Assembly (NCBI GenBank): GCA_963693365.1
Contig: CAVNZM010000004.1
Span: forward strand, 4,082,947-4,146,946
Origin: Amoebidium appalachense
Lineage: Eukaryota; Protista; Ichthyosporea
Length of the DNA: 64,000 nucleotides
Direction: 5' to 3'
This document shows, piece after piece, positions 1 to 14,823 of this stretch. The position numbers and the translations under genes are program-made. Under the pieces are notes generated by a model, which saw only the letters and a program-made list of their open reading frames with translations, did no database searches and was not told the origin of the DNA. Every line of letters starts with the position of its first letter. The stretch's first letter is position 1.

Positions 1-285
1 CCCTCCCTGCAAAACAACAACCCCCCCCCCCCCTCCCCCCCCCCCCCCCCACACACACACACACGCACAAACACACATGTACACATACACGTGCACACAG
101 GCTACTTCCTCCGCACCGTCACCGGTTCCTCCTCTCTCCCTCCTTCCTCCGCCCCTTTTCCCTACCCTCCCCTCTAACAAATACATTCTTTCCCCCCTCC
201 CCCCCCCCCCTTGCTCCCCCTCCATTCTCCCCCAAACTCCCCCCCTCCCCCCCCCCCCCCCCCCCCCCCGCTTTCCCCATCTCAG

Positions 286-2135
286 GACGCGCGTGAGGAT
301 GTATTCATTGGTTCGACCAATGGTCCCGTCTCCCTCAACGTCACACTCACCCGTATGACAGCGGACGAAATGGAAATGGCAAAAAACAAGGCCATGAACC
401 CCCCCCTCACCCCCACCTCCCCCGCAACCGACCCCCACCTCCACAATTTCGCCTACCCCGTCGGCCACCGCGGCGGCGCACATGGAGCCCGATTCGATTA
501 CCGATGCCGATGGGTGGGAGTGGAAACATAATTCCTACGATGAAATTACGGCGAAGTTGAAGGAGATCGCCGAAATGTACCCAAACGTGGCTCGCTTGGA
601 GTCGATCGGCCAATCGCGCGAGGGACGGGAAATGTGGGTGGTAAAACTGACCAATCAGTTGGTCAATGCGACGACGGTTCCCCCCAGGGCGAAGGTGAAA
701 TTCTTGGGGTGCGTGCATGGAAATGACGCTGTTGGGCGCGAAATTCTCCTCCGATTGGCGAACCACCTTGCCAAATCTTACGAATCGGATACCGAAATCA
801 AGGGTCTTCTAGATTCGACAATTGTGCATGTGGTTCCGTGCGCAAATCCCGACGGATACGAACGGAAATCCCGATTTAACACAGCCGGCGTGGACATTAG
901 CCGTAATTTCCCGGACCAGTTTTGCGGAAAACCGGAATCGTTTGAACCGGAGACCCTCGCCCTCATTCGCTGGTCCCTGCGGGAGCAATTTTCATTGTCG
1001 GCGAGCTTTTACGGGGGGGCTCTTGGGGTCACATACCCGTATGATAGCAGCAAATCACTGGCGTGCAATGAGACGGCGGGCAAGGGGATGGAGAGTAGGA
1101 CCCCGGAAGATACGGAATTTCGCTATTTGGCGCAGATTTACGCGGCGCGGCACGCTACTATGATGACCACACAAGAGAAATGTGATGTCGACGGACCGGC
1201 GTTTGAGAATGGGACACTTAACGGTGCACTGTGGTACGTGTTTGTGTATGTGTGTGTGTGTGTTTTTGCCGGGTTTTAGGGGTTTTTTATTTGTGGTGTC
1301 TAACTGCATATGGGTGGGTGGGTGCTGGTGCTTTGTGTTTGTGTGTGTGGACAAGTCTGTTGCGCGGGCCTGTGTGTGTACCGTCCGAGAGGGGGGAGGG
1401 TGGGGGGGAGGGGGAGGGGGAGGGGGGCCGGGGTGAGTTCTCGGGGTGGAATTTCTTCGGTTCGCAATGCACTTTGCGTTTGAAAGAATTGGGCATTTCG
1501 TGTTGGTGCAAGTCAGAGGTTTAACACTTTCGGTTGTAGCATGTGTGCACATTCCTGTCTTTGGTGTTCTCTTCCTTGCACAGCCTTTTAGAGTCTGTAG
1601 ACACACCCTCATTCCTTGCCATACACGCATGCCCGTACACACTTAACACGTACACCTTCACAAGTACACATCTTTATGCACCTATGCACACACTTACATG
1701 GACACACGTACACACATACACACACTAACAAGAACACACGTAAACTCACACCTACACCTACACGTACACACGTACACACATACACACACTAACAAGAACA
1801 CACATAAACTCACACCTACACGTACACACGTACACACGTACACACATACACCTACACGTACACACACAGGTACCAGCAGCGTGGGGGCATGATGGACTGG
1901 AACTATTGGGCTGTGGGCACGATGGAAATCTCCGTACACGTGGGCTGTGCCCCCTTCCCCCCTGCCTCCGCTCTACCTTCCGCCTGGGCCAGCAATAAGG
2001 GAGCTATTATTAGGTTTATTCGTGAGGCACACAGAGGTATCAAGGGGGTGATTTATAACACGGACGCAGAGCCGGCGGCACACGGCGTTGTTCGGTATGT
2101 GTGTGTGTGGGGCGGGGAAGGGGGCGCGGGGGGAC

Positions 2136-2169
<34 letters not shown>

Positions 2170-2262
2170 GGTGAGGGTGGGGTGGGAGGGTGGTGTGGGG
2201 GGGGGGGGGGGGGGGGGGGGGGGGGAGAGAGAGGGGGGAGGATGGGTGTGGGTGGGTGGGTT

Positions 2263-2312
<50 letters not shown>

Positions 2313-3618
2313 TGTTTTTTTTTTTTTGGGGGGGGGGGGGGGGGGGAGGGGGGAGGATATGCGGTGTTATGGGAAGGCCTTGTATGGTGAAGAGCGAGAG
2401 GTGGTTCGTGGGCACCAGAAGAAGAGTTAGAGAGCAAAGTATGCATGTATCTGTACCTATGTGGATGGGTGCCAGTGTGTAAGAGTGCACGGTTGAAGAT
2501 TTAAGGGGAGGGGAGGGGGGGGGGGGGGGGGGGGGGGGAGGGGGATATATCCGTGAAATGTAGCAAAAGGGATAAAGGAAATGAGGGTAGATCTGGTTGC
2601 AAGACAACAAAAACATTGGATGTGTCTTGGGGGCTGGGTGTGGTGTGTGTGCACATAGTGTGACATGTGTGTGTGACACGTGTGGCAAACTGTTTGGTGG
2701 TATCTGTGGCTGTCTGCCGGTGTACTGGTGTTTGCACATTCTTACATTTCCCTTTCCCCACAATCCCCCCCCTTCCTCCCGCCTCAGCCCCCCCTCCCCC
2801 CCCCCCCCCCCCTCCCCCCCCTTCCCTCCCTACTCACACACATGCATGTACGCGCACACCACCACCACTACCTCATCCTCCTCCATACACAACACAACAC
2901 CTTTCCCTCTCCCTTCTCCCCCCCCCCCCCCCCCCCCCTCTCTCTCTCTCTCTCTCCCCCCCCCCCCCTCTCCCCCCCCTCCCTCCGCCTTACCTCCACC
3001 TTTCCTCCCTCCTCGGTGCTCTATCACAACAGTGTCGACAACCACGCCACCCGCACGGGGCCCAACGGAGAATACTTCCGCTACCTTCTACCAGGCACGT
3101 ACAAGGTCGAATACTTTGACGAGGATTCGGGCGCGGGAAACAAGACGACAGTTACTGTGAGGCCATTGGACGGTCCTCACGGGGAGTTTGTGCCGGCAAT
3201 AACCATGGACGTATACCTCAGCCTACCGGAGATGAGGCAGGTGATTGGCTGGATGTCAGCCGTCCTCGTTCTGATTGGTGCGTTGGGTTTGGTGTTGGGA
3301 ATCCTGTACACTTTCTGCCGCGCGGTGATTTATTACTGTCAGGGATTCAGGAGATTGGATACCCACGATCGCTCCCAAAATGGAAATGGAATGGTGGCGG
3401 TTTCTGGAAGCGACGGGGAGGATAGCGGCGATGAGCGGGGTGGTTTTAACCGAAATGGAAATTCAGCGAGCACGAAGGTATTTTCGGACAGTGAGACTGA
3501 TGATGATACGGACACGGACTCTGATGACGACGTGTTTGTGAATGGGGCGAACGGTAATTCGTTGCCTATGAAGCAGATGAATAATAGGGGGAGGACTGAA
3601 AATGGGGGTGGGACATAA
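286..3618 (+). CDS. CPD: Carboxypeptidase D-like (M14B) type I membrane protein, 3' part; last CP domain probably inactive
   Basis: Exons 286-1233, 1870-2094 and 3033-3618 joined by GT-AG introns restore M14B motifs: IGQSREGREMWVVKL, HGNDAVGRE, PCANPDGYE, DISRNFPD, NGALWYQQRGGMMDWNY, HRGIKGVI, GEYFRYLLPGTY. These are followed by a TM helix (VIGWMSAVLVLIGALGLVLGILYTF) and a tail with GFRRL and an acidic cluster. One base must be removed from the C8 run at 399-406 to join 286-398 to the main frame. The 5' exons lie upstream of the window. Confidence 0.85.
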
Positions 3619-4401
3619 CGGGTTTAGGTTTTAAGGTTACCGTTTAGATACATACGTGTTTTGATTGCATGACACACAACACACACATGCACTTGTGTAT
3701 TTTTATGTACACAACGGAAATTTGCTGGTATATGATACATGTCGACCGTTACACACGTGCGTACCAACGTACACACGGGTTCCACACACGCACAAACACT
3801 CTAAATGTTAGGTTGGAAGTTCCCATTTGGTTTTTTTTCCAACTTTTTCTACTTTTCTCCAGGCCTTGTGTGTAAATATTTATGGTTTTCAGCAGGGCTT
3901 GTTCCTCGTCTTCCCCTTCTAGAACAATTTGTTGCACACTCCGTATTTTTTTGTTTTTTTAAAGGCTTTTCTTCTTTTCCCGTTATTATTACGTGTTTAT
4001 TATAACTGTAAGATCCCAGAAGCTTCCACGGTAGTTTAACCATGTCGTCGTTCTCGTTTACGGGTACATAAGAGGAACCATCAACCAAATAACTTTTGAT
4101 TCGCATGCCATCGTTTATGAAACAATATATACACAACTATAGTTATTACATTTTTATTACTATAGGGCATTACTGGTTTTTTTAGTTTTGTTGCAGTCAC
4201 GAGGAGTGTTTGTCGCGTGACTGGCGAGGCCTCCGTGTGTAAGTGAACTTTAACCTTAAGTGTCCAAACATGCCGAAATAAATGGACTGTCAAAAGCAGC
4301 ATGTACAATCGGGACGTATGTTATATTCAAATTCTTCAGCTACGGTACCACATCTATATGTCACAGTAACATTTCAAAGGCCTGTGGCAATTGCAACCAC
4401 G

Positions 4402-4441
<40 letters not shown>

Positions 4442-5011
4442 ATTGACCGGCGGGCGTCGACCACACCACGGCCCCTTGAAAATGTCTGGCATGTCGACAT
4501 ACACGGTAGGCTAACGATGATCCAAGACTGAAAATATACATGTACATCGAATCGATTCTCAAAACCTGATTAAAGAACATGTACAATATCTGTGAATGCT
4601 CTCTATAATACATGCTTTCTACCCCTTTAATGTGTGTTGTGCATATATGGACGTAGGCTGCGGATACTGAGTATACACTGTGATAGTATCCCAAACTAGT
4701 AACCCCCCCCCCTCCCCCCCCCCACCACCACCACCACCACGTACACCACCACCACCACCACCCCCCCCCCCCCTCCCCCCCCCCCCCCCCTCCCCCCTCC
4801 CCCCCCCCCCCCCCCCCCCCAAAGAAAAAAAAATAATAATAAAATAAAAAATAGAAAAATCCAACGCCCCCCACACACACCACACTGCCCACGTGCACAT
4901 AAAGGAGGTATATGCCGGATAGCCGCGTAATAAGGTGATACTCAGTCGCACGTGTGCAGAATCACACTTCATGACACGTGCACGTGCGCACACATACACA
5001 CACACACTGTG

Positions 5012-5060
<49 letters not shown>

Positions 5061-5064
5061 TGTG

Positions 5065-5101
<37 letters not shown>

Positions 5102-5112
5102 TGCATACAACA

Positions 5113-5151
<39 letters not shown>

Positions 5152-5155
5152 TGTG

Positions 5156-5198
<43 letters not shown>

Positions 5199-5724
5199 TG
5201 TGCATACACACACACACACACACACACTGGATGGGCGGCACTTACAACAGCGAAATAAGCTATGGGATTGACCATCGATACTCCCCCATCCCCACCACTT
5301 CCCCCCCCCCCCCCCCCCGTCCCCCCTCCCCCCAAATATCTCTCAATCGAGCTCCTCCTCATGATCGCCCCCTCCCCCCCCCCCCCCCCCCCCCACACAC
5401 ACACTCCAAATTAAATTTCCCTCCCCCCTCCTCCCCACACCCCAAATAAATTTAAATCCCCGCCCCCCCCCCCCCCCCCCCCTTCCCCCTCCCTAAAAAT
5501 TTCCCCTCTTCATGACCCACCCCCCCCCCCTCCCCCCTCTCCCCACACCCCAACTAAAATTTCCTTCCCCCCTCCCCACACCCAAAACAAAATTTTCTCT
5601 CCCCCTCCTCTTCTTCCTCCATTTGATCCAGGGCACGGCGAGGAGTGACATTAAAACATTATCGCCTCAGGGCCAAATCCACACTTATTGTGTTGTATGT
5701 ATGGCTCCTCCCTCCTCCTCCCCC

Positions 5725-5778
<54 letters not shown>

Positions 5779-5978
5779 CCCGGATAGGTTTTGTCACCTG
5801 TGTGCTCTCTAGTCAGCTTAAACTCCACCCATATACATGTTGGGCAACATTCTATCCTTTCTATTTGTTTAACGTTTGTAATGCTTTTGGAAGTCTGCAC
5901 CTTGTTCACCATGATGGTGCCCGGTCACAAATTCAACCCCTCCCCCCTCCCCCCCCCCTCCTCCCGCCGCCGCCACCT

Positions 5979-6023
<45 letters not shown>

Positions 6024-6109
6024 AGCACACACACAAGCGCACACACCGTGATTAGCATGTTAGACACCATCACACACACAACACAGGCACACAGACACAT
6101 GGCACACAA

Positions 6110-6182
<73 letters not shown>

Positions 6183-6401
6183 CCAAATCCCCCTTTCGCA
6201 TTCCTCTCCGTCTCCTCTTCGACCCACTTGAGTTTCATGGCCTGTTCGCTCCACTTTCATTGAGCCATTTCTGGCCCGACTCCTCGTTTCTCCTCCGATC
6301 CCCTTTTCATTTGTCACAGAGATGTTGGTTGGGGTCAAAATGGAAGGAATTTTGGTGGGAAGTGGGTGGGGAAGCTGGGGTAGAGCTACGGGTGGGAGTG
6401 A

Positions 6402-6457
6402 GGAAGGTGTGGGGGGAGGGGCGTAGGGAGAGCCTTTGGGGAGAAGGGGAGGGGCGG

Positions 6458-6492
<35 letters not shown>

Positions 6493-6703
6493 GGGGGGGG
6501 CGGACTTCCATGGCCACTTTCGACAACACCTGTTTGCTGCGAGCTGGGGTGGGAACACAAGGCAATCCGCGATGAATGCAGATTGACCTGGTGACATCAC
6601 ATTTATTGAAACACACGCGCGTGTGCGCGTGTTTTGTAGAGTTAAGGGTGCGAGTGGAGAAGGTATGTGGGAGGGGGGTGGGGAGAGCCTTTTTTTTTTT
6701 TTT

Positions 6704-6761
<58 letters not shown>

Positions 6762-6885
6762 TCCATGGCCACTGTCGGCAACACCTGTTTGCTGTAGCTG
6801 GGGTGGGAACACTTGGCACCCGCAATGATTGCAGATTGACTTGTGACATCACCTTTATTGAAACACACGAGCGTGTTTTGCAGCA
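6402..6885. repeat. Diverged tandem duplication, two units of about 255 bp
   Basis: GGACTTCCATGGCCACT..CAACACCTGTTTGCTG..GCAGATTGAC..GTGACATCAC..TTTATTGAAACACACG occurs at ~6502-6640 and ~6757-6885, each preceded by a G-run. Confidence 0.8.
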
Positions 6886-8044
6886 ACCGTAATCTTGTCA
6901 GATCAATGGTGTTGTATGCATTATGCAGCATAATTTGTATAATTTTGTTTTGCCCTTCGATCTGCATGACGGCTTACACAACATGCAAATGCAGCACTGC
7001 CAGCTCTTTCGACCTGTCCAAAGGACACTCTATGGCTTCCAACGGTTAAGCTTGCGCGATTGCTTACATCTGTTGAGCACTGTAGGTATAAAGCTACCTA
7101 TTCCGTGTATTCCTGGAGCAAAAAATTGGCATTTCATTTCATGAGCAACCCTCGTTCTTTTCGCAGCTTGAGTGACGAGCGGATCGCGATTCATATGCCG
7201 CCTCGACTCAAACCCTGACATACCACACAACGGCAAAATGCCAAAGGATTATTACCTCACGTAAGTCCAATCACATAATCTCTATTAGTCAGGCAGCTGC
7301 AGTGTGGTACGTCTATCAAGAGACGTTGGCAATGAATCCTCTACTACTGCCTAAGAGCTGCAAATACTGGCATGGTTTTATTTGTTTTAGTAAAAATATG
7401 ATTTATAACACCACAAATATGTGCTTCAGGAGACTTTGCCCTTCTTGCAGCTAAGGCAGCCTTAAAGCAAACATATATTTGATTGGTGTATAATCACGGC
7501 TCTTGTTTTGGTAGTGGTCAGCTTACTGCCGGCCGCCATCGGAACATTTACATGTACAGGCACCCAACATCCATACATCCAAAACCTGTTTTACATAGCA
7601 TTATTAAACACAAGAGAAATAAACTGTTTTTGAATATACTCATTCCCGTTAATAGGGAAGCTGGTAGGTAAAAGACAACACTTCGAGGTGACCGTCAGGT
7701 CAGCTTGACATCGCTCTACAAGGAATTCACTCTGGAATTGTGGAATGTATTAGGCAATAAATTTTACCAATTTATCTCATTTTGGATTGGTATAGACGTC
7801 ACTTAAATTTTTATATGCAATTGAATTGGCCGCAAATCATGTTGTTGTTGTATCCATGGTCGAGAAACACCGCATAGTTCAGCAGGGTCAAGGGCTGAAT
7901 GAGCTTCAAGCGGCGTTGTGAAGCTGCGAAGCGTTGCTTGTCGGAAAACTTCGCTTTTTCTTCACGAACCATAGAGATACCCACCCATTTCCATTACATT
8001 TACAGTCTGTACAAATAGCCTAGTGCAAGATTTTAGATAGCAGG

Positions 8045-9951
8045 ATGGCCCCGGCAGCAAAATTTGCCATAGTGGCAGCGTCCATGCTGGGCGCTCTCGC
8101 ACAGGATCAGTGTGTGTGTCCCAAAGAAAGGCTGTGTGAAACGTTGGCAGGGTTTCAACACATCATCAAGGGGACTGTTATTGGCAAGCTGCCACCCAGG
8201 TATGTTGTAATTTTTTGTGGTCGTTGTTTTTTTTCTCCTGTGGTTGCGTGCGTGTGTCTTTATCTCTTGCGTGTGCTGCACACCCTTGGTTTGGACGACT
8301 GAATTTACACGGTGACACCGACGCATGTGCCTATATATTGATTACTCTACAGTTATAGGTCTACACTTCGAGAGTTGAACCATCAATCAAAGCACAGTCA
8401 TGGCAAAAAATCGGATTTTTTGTGGTTTTTTCTTTCTTTTGACCACGAACGGAACCCTGTGCCGGGTGGCCTTCCTGGCATGTCATTCGCAGTTTCAGCT
8501 CGCTACTCTTTTTATTGTGCAAGAGGTGGGGTGTATATGGGAACGTATTGGAGGACACTGTGCATAGTGCCCTGCATCCATACTTGCATTTATCATTTAT
8601 TGTGGCGGCTATATGAAGGTTCCCATGGCCTCTGAATACGGGAGAGGTGTATTGTCACACACGTTGATATTATGAAGGGTTTATTCATGCTGCAATGATT
8701 TCGTATCATGTGGCCGAGCCAGCGCTAGTGTTCGCATGGGATTTGTGTATCTAAGATTGACGCATGTCTATTAGCAGGGCTTTGTTTTATGTTATGTGTT
8801 GGCTGTTAAGTTGCTTTTTGTGTGTGGGTGTGGGTGTTTGTGTGTATGTGTGTAGGCGCGGGTGTGTGTATGAGTGGTGTACAGTGGGTGGGTGGGTGTT
8901 GTGTGTGTGCGCGCGAAAGTGTGTGTTTGTGTTTGTGTTTGTGTATTCTTAAGCGCACGGCACAACCATACATCATATACAGCGTGTCAGTTTGATAACG
9001 ACAGTACGTGGGTGTTTTTGGTGTCAGCTTTTGGGGATGCGCCCGGTTCTTATTCATGTTCTTTTGGTTTCAGGAGACGGACCTCGCAGTGTGCCCGAGC
9101 ACGAGTGATTATGTGCAATTTGTGTTGGAATTTTGCTGTGTCGTGGCTTAGAAAAGATGTGTGCATGCACATAGAGCACTTTTATGATGTGCTTATGCTG
9201 TGTGTATAATATGGCTATTTTGACGCTTCCAATATGGCCAATATTGCGATTGCCAGTCATGTTGATTTGGCCTCGTGACCCCTGAGTTTTTATGATCTAC
9301 CCGCACCCGTGGTTTGGCACGGTATGGGGATTGGCTCAAAAGAGCAGGTTTTATGTTTGTGTATGTCAAGTATCTTCATGTATGGGCATGCGTGTATAAA
9401 TATGTGCGTGATGTGCAGGTTATTTCTCAGCGACCTATGGGATGCATTCAATCCACGGTTGTACGAACTTCCTGCATACATTTCCTGTTGTTACATTTTT
9501 TGTGCCATTTTACATTAACCAGATCCGAGTTGTCCGTTGCAAGTGTTGAGCTGAATTAGCCGTTTTTTTTTACTGTGGTAATTGTTGTTAACCAGATCCG
9601 AGTTGTCCGTTGCAAGTGTTGAGATGAATTACCGTTTTTTTAACTGTGGCAATTGTTGTTAAGTGTGTAGTGATCCATTGACGCAGATGCTTTAAATACA
9701 TGGCACATGGATTGATGAAGAGAACTTTGGCATTTAGTTTGTTGCCTATCGCCAGTTCTGTGACTCAGTGTGCATTGCAAAACACCACCCATGAATAACC
9801 AAATCTGATGTGTTTTACAGTGCCGTGGGAGGTAATGTGCGATACATTGTCCAGGTCACAGACAGCATTCGCGGCACTGTGGCGGTAATGCCCCCCCCTC
9901 CCCCTTCCCTACCTTCCTGTTGCTCTGGCCATTCTCGTCTTCCAAGCACAC

Positions 9952-9990
<39 letters not shown>

Positions 9991-10431
9991 CACACGCACA
10001 CACAGGATTCTTACTCCTCTATTGGCACGGTACCATTTATGTTGTCTTGGGCTTTGCACTCCTACTGCACCATTGCTCACACACCAACTCAGTTAAGTGG
10101 AGCTCTTTCTCCATTCTCTACATCACTCATGGGCATGGTTTAGAACCCTGCTAGGACCCAAAACATGGACACTTACAAACTCTCGATCACACACTGTACA
10201 TATGGAAGTGCACACAAGTTTGGTTGCGTTCTCTGCCCCTCCTGCAACCGCCCCCCTCCATCCTACTGTCATTCCCTCCTTCCGTAGGGTTGCCGACTGA
10301 CACGTATCTACATCGTGTATCGGATTCCCTTGGCATCCACACATAAACATAGCGTTTGAACCCACACGCACACGCACGCGCGCGCACATATGCGCCACTG
10401 AGCATAAGCACACCCATACGCACAAGCACAC

Positions 10432-10503
<72 letters not shown>

Positions 10504-12725
10504 GGGAGCCAAGGTGACGCTTCAGACGCCTGCCACGGCCAAGGACTGTGGTGTTCTTGGACTCAAGGATGGAGTTGAGCACGTGTTCACTGTGGCCAAG
10601 CTGGGCATGATCACTGATTGTGGTCTGAATAAGCCGTGGGCTACTCTGGACCCAGTTCTCCGCCTGTATGGAACACCAAACCCTCCCTCCCCCCTCCCCC
10701 TCCCCCTCCCCCCACCCCCTCAAAGGATAGGCTTGATTATAATGCATACTCTTTATGTGTGATACACGCTCAGCCTCTTGTTTCCCGTTATGAGTAAATT
10801 GTACTCTAAGGGCAATCTAACCCCCCCCCCCCCCCCCCCCTTCAGCCTCTTGTTTCCCGTTATGTGTAAATTGTACTCTAAGGGCAATCTAACCACCCCC
10901 CCCCCCCCCATCCCCCATTCACATTCACACACAAGCACATGTACACACACACGCACACACACACGGCTGATGGGCCCTGTTCTTGTTGCATGCTGTGTGG
11001 TTGTGCTATTGTTTGCAGTTCACACAGGCACACTCACACGGTGTTCCTCTTTCTGTGTGTGTAGAGCCGCTCTTTCTGCGCACTTCACTCATAGCCCCAC
11101 CCACATCCCTTGTGTGCACCCGAGTTTCTTGATATAGATGCGCATGTGAATATGTCTTGATGTGAGTTTAAATGGAGTGTTCTGTGGACTGTGGATGTGC
11201 TGCCCCCCCCCCCCCCCTCCCCCCTCCCCCCCTTTCCCCCTCTCCCCCTCTCCCCCGGCCGCGTTAAGCTATCCACCTGCCCAATTTCAGCTCCGACTTA
11301 GGAAAGTCCTTTGTCTTCTACAACCTTTACTCCCCATTCATGCACCATTCTGTCTCTTCCCCGACGGGCTCTGTATCTGTCAAAACATATCTTTTCTCAC
11401 GCTTAATAATCCACATACACGGATCTGCGCTCTTTCACTCACTCACACATGCACTTGAACACACACGTACACTCACCGATTCACTCCCTTGCTTTACATA
11501 CACTCACACAAACTCACACACACTCACGTTTTGAACTGCCCACACAGAGATCTGGACGCCAAGAAGGCATGGACGTGTGAGAGGCTCATCATTCCAAATG
11601 CTGTCAACCCTGGTGGTGTGCCTATGGTGGGTATCGAATATTTGTGTCTTTTTGTACCTGATGTATCTCTCTCTCTTTTCACTCTCCATTCTTTTTTATA
11701 TGGGTGGGGGGAAGGGAAGAAAAGGGGGGGGGGGGGGGGGTTGTATGGGTGCATGCGTCTGTGTTTACGTGTTGCTTGCCTGGATAGTTGCCGTGCTTAT
11801 GACCACAGACACATAAAAAGAAATCTCATTGAAATGGGTTGCCTACCTCCTATTCCTTCCCTCTCCACCTTATTCCTTGCCCTCGCCCACATACTACCTC
11901 GTTTTCTCCACCATACTCAATGTCAGTAACTGATACAATTTCTGTTAATTACTTTTTCGTCACTGTAGTGTATGTGCAGGTGTATGAGGGTGTGTGCATG
12001 TGAGTGAGTGAGTGCATACGTGTGTGCCAGTGTGCATAGGTGACATCGAATATCATTGGTGCTGGTGACGACAAGGAAATCATGAATATACACTATGTTT
12101 CTTGCAAACACGTACTAGAGAAAAGTTCACAAAGAAGAACCTGTTAACCTTGTCCTCCCCCCCTCCCCCCCCCCCCCCCCCCCTCTCCCCCAATACACAC
12201 ATGCTCAGTTATTATGTGTGCCTTGCGATTAGCATGCCACTATCCCTCGTTCGTGTGCATCTTCTGCATTCTAACACATTTTAACCCTTCCCCCCCCCAC
12301 CCCTTCCCTCTTTCTAGCCCGTTCAAGCGCAAGTCATCCCATCAGAACCCGCCGCTCCCGCCGCGCCTTCTGCCCCGGCTGCCCCTTCCCCCACACCCAG
12401 CCCTGTGCCCATCCCCCAGCTCACCGTGGTCCCACCCCCTGCTCTCTCACCGGAGCAGGCGAAAGCAGCAGTTGCTGAGGCAGCTCAGGCGGCTGCGGCG
12501 GTGGCAAATGTGACGGCACCTAGTAGCACTAATGGGGGGGAGGCGGTGAAGGTGTGTGTGTGTGTGTATGTGTGTGTATGTATGTGTGCGTGTGCGTGTG
12601 TGTGTGGTTCATGCGCGTGTATGATGTGGATGGGGTGTTGCAGTTTGATTTAGGTTCTTTCTTCTCATTTTTCTTTTGCCTTTTTTTTTTTTTTTTTTTT
12701 TTTTTCCCCTGCATTTCCTTTTTTT

Positions 12726-12756
<31 letters not shown>

Positions 12757-13677
12757 AGGGGGGGGGGGAGCAGATGAGAAAGGCGTCTGTGTGGGTTGGG
12801 GTGTTCGTGTGTGTGGGAGGGGGGGGGGGGGAGGGGAGGGAGGGGGGGGGGGGGGGGGGTATCAAGGTTGATTGGTGAGGGACGCCATTCACACCAAGCC
12901 TATAGGTAGTTGAAGTAAATAGATAGACGTGAAGTGGAGCATCGGTTGGCGTGGTGTGTGTGAGGTTGTGATCAAGGAGGGGAGGGGAAGAAGTTGGTTT
13001 TTGTGGCGTAGAACGGCTCTTGTGTGTGTGTGTGTGTGTGTTTGGGGGGAGGGGGGGGGAGGGGGGAAGCTGCATGAGTATGATTTGCACACACATACGC
13101 AAACATCTGTTGGTCTGTTAATGAATTTTTTTTCTTGTCCCCCATCTCCCACGTACCTTTCTGCTGTATGCAGCATCCTAATCCTTCATTTCCTTCCATC
13201 CCTGCTTCCTCCTCCCCTACCCCCCCCCCCCATCCCCTACCCCCCACCCCACCTCCCACCCACACAAAATACACACCTCCATCTCTTCCACCACCCACCC
13301 TCTTTTTGCACAGGTTGTTTCTCTAGGGCAGCTTGTAGGGTTTGGTGTTCAGGCACCAGGGGAGAAGCAGAAGAAGTGCAGTGCCATCACGAATGGCTGC
13401 AGGGGATGCATTGGGGCTGGCTGCACGTGGCAGCCCGATGGGGATGATGGTTTCTGCACAGAGGCCTGTGACTTTGCTGTATGCATTTACCCCCCCCACA
13501 CCCACCCGCCCATCCACCCTCCCACACATCTGCACATATACACTCGCACACAAATCCTTCGCATGCACGACATGAACAAGAAAGACACGAAATATATGCT
13601 AATGCATGCATGAACCAAACCCTCTCCCTCCCCCTACGACCATGACACTGCCACACAAAATACCTGCACACGCGTTT

Positions 13678-13717
<40 letters not shown>

Positions 13718-14778
13718 GAACACCAACACACAGAAGAACATCAACACACACAATCGGGAACGGAACGGCCCCGCACCCTCTCACCAGAAAGCAATCACCT
13801 GCCCACGCTTTGTCACCACACAATCTAATCTGGTGCCTAGCTGGGGCCCTAAAAGCTCTAGCACAAACACACTGAGAGTATGGTACCACAAACTTCCCCA
13901 TGAAACCTACATGCGCTCTGATCATAGGTTCTAGCTATCATCGGCATACTCTTCCCCCCCCCCCCCCCCCCCCCCCCGTCCGCCCGCCCGCCCTCCCCTC
14001 GGGTCCCCTGTCCTCAGTGCTCCTCTCTCTCTCTCTCTCTCTCCTACCATCAATTGTGCTCCCTTACACCCACCCACTTCATTCTCCACTTACACCAACC
14101 ATCAACCCCCCCCCTCCCCCCCCCCCCACAAAAAAAAAATACAAAAAAAACAGGACATGATCTGTCAGAAGGTAGTGAAGGAGTGCAAGGGCTACGCGCC
14201 TCCCGTCGCCGAGCAACTTGAGGCCCAGGCACCTCTTGCACCCCCTTCGGATACGGCTGCGGAAGCAAAGGTTCTTTTGGATGATAAGAAGTGCTTCTCC
14301 CTGACTGAGAAGGGGTGCACGGGGTGCATCAGTGCGGGATGTACTTGGCAGGGAGAGGCTAAGGCCTGCACCCTCGAATGCTCCATCACGGTATGAAGCT
14401 AATATATGTCTTGTTGACTTTTTATTATTATTATTATTTTATTTTTTTTTGGGCTGTGTTGGTTCGTTGGTTTGTTATTGTTGGTGATGATAGGCTTTGA
14501 AAGTTGAGATTTTCTGAGACTATCTGGGCTGAATAGATCTATGGTGTCGTGACTGTGTTGTGGTGTCATTGGTTGGAATAACATGGAGTATTAGAAGTCG
14601 ACATTTTACGGGGGCCTGGACGGGTTGTTGCTGTGTGGGACATGTCTATGGCGATAGCTGGAATTTTTTTTGTAGTTTCTTGCATGTTGATTCAGTTTTT
14701 TCTTGTCACTGTAGTTCATTGTGAGCCCTCCTCCCCCCCCCCCCCCCCCCTCCCCTCTACCCTTAAACACATACGCAC

Positions 14779-14823
<45 letters not shown>

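Noticed and set aside
101-124. Possible small upstream CPD exon after ACACAG
   Set aside because: The donor is poor (GTTCCT) and the phase could not be reconciled confidently, so it was left unannotated.
6175-6238. EEETERNAKGGFG resembling dUTPase motif 5
   Set aside because: There is an in-frame stop just upstream and none of the other four dUTPase motifs are present.
7085-7144. PCIPGAKNWHF resembling a DDE transposase C-terminal motif
   Set aside because: An isolated short motif with no supporting catalytic region or termini.
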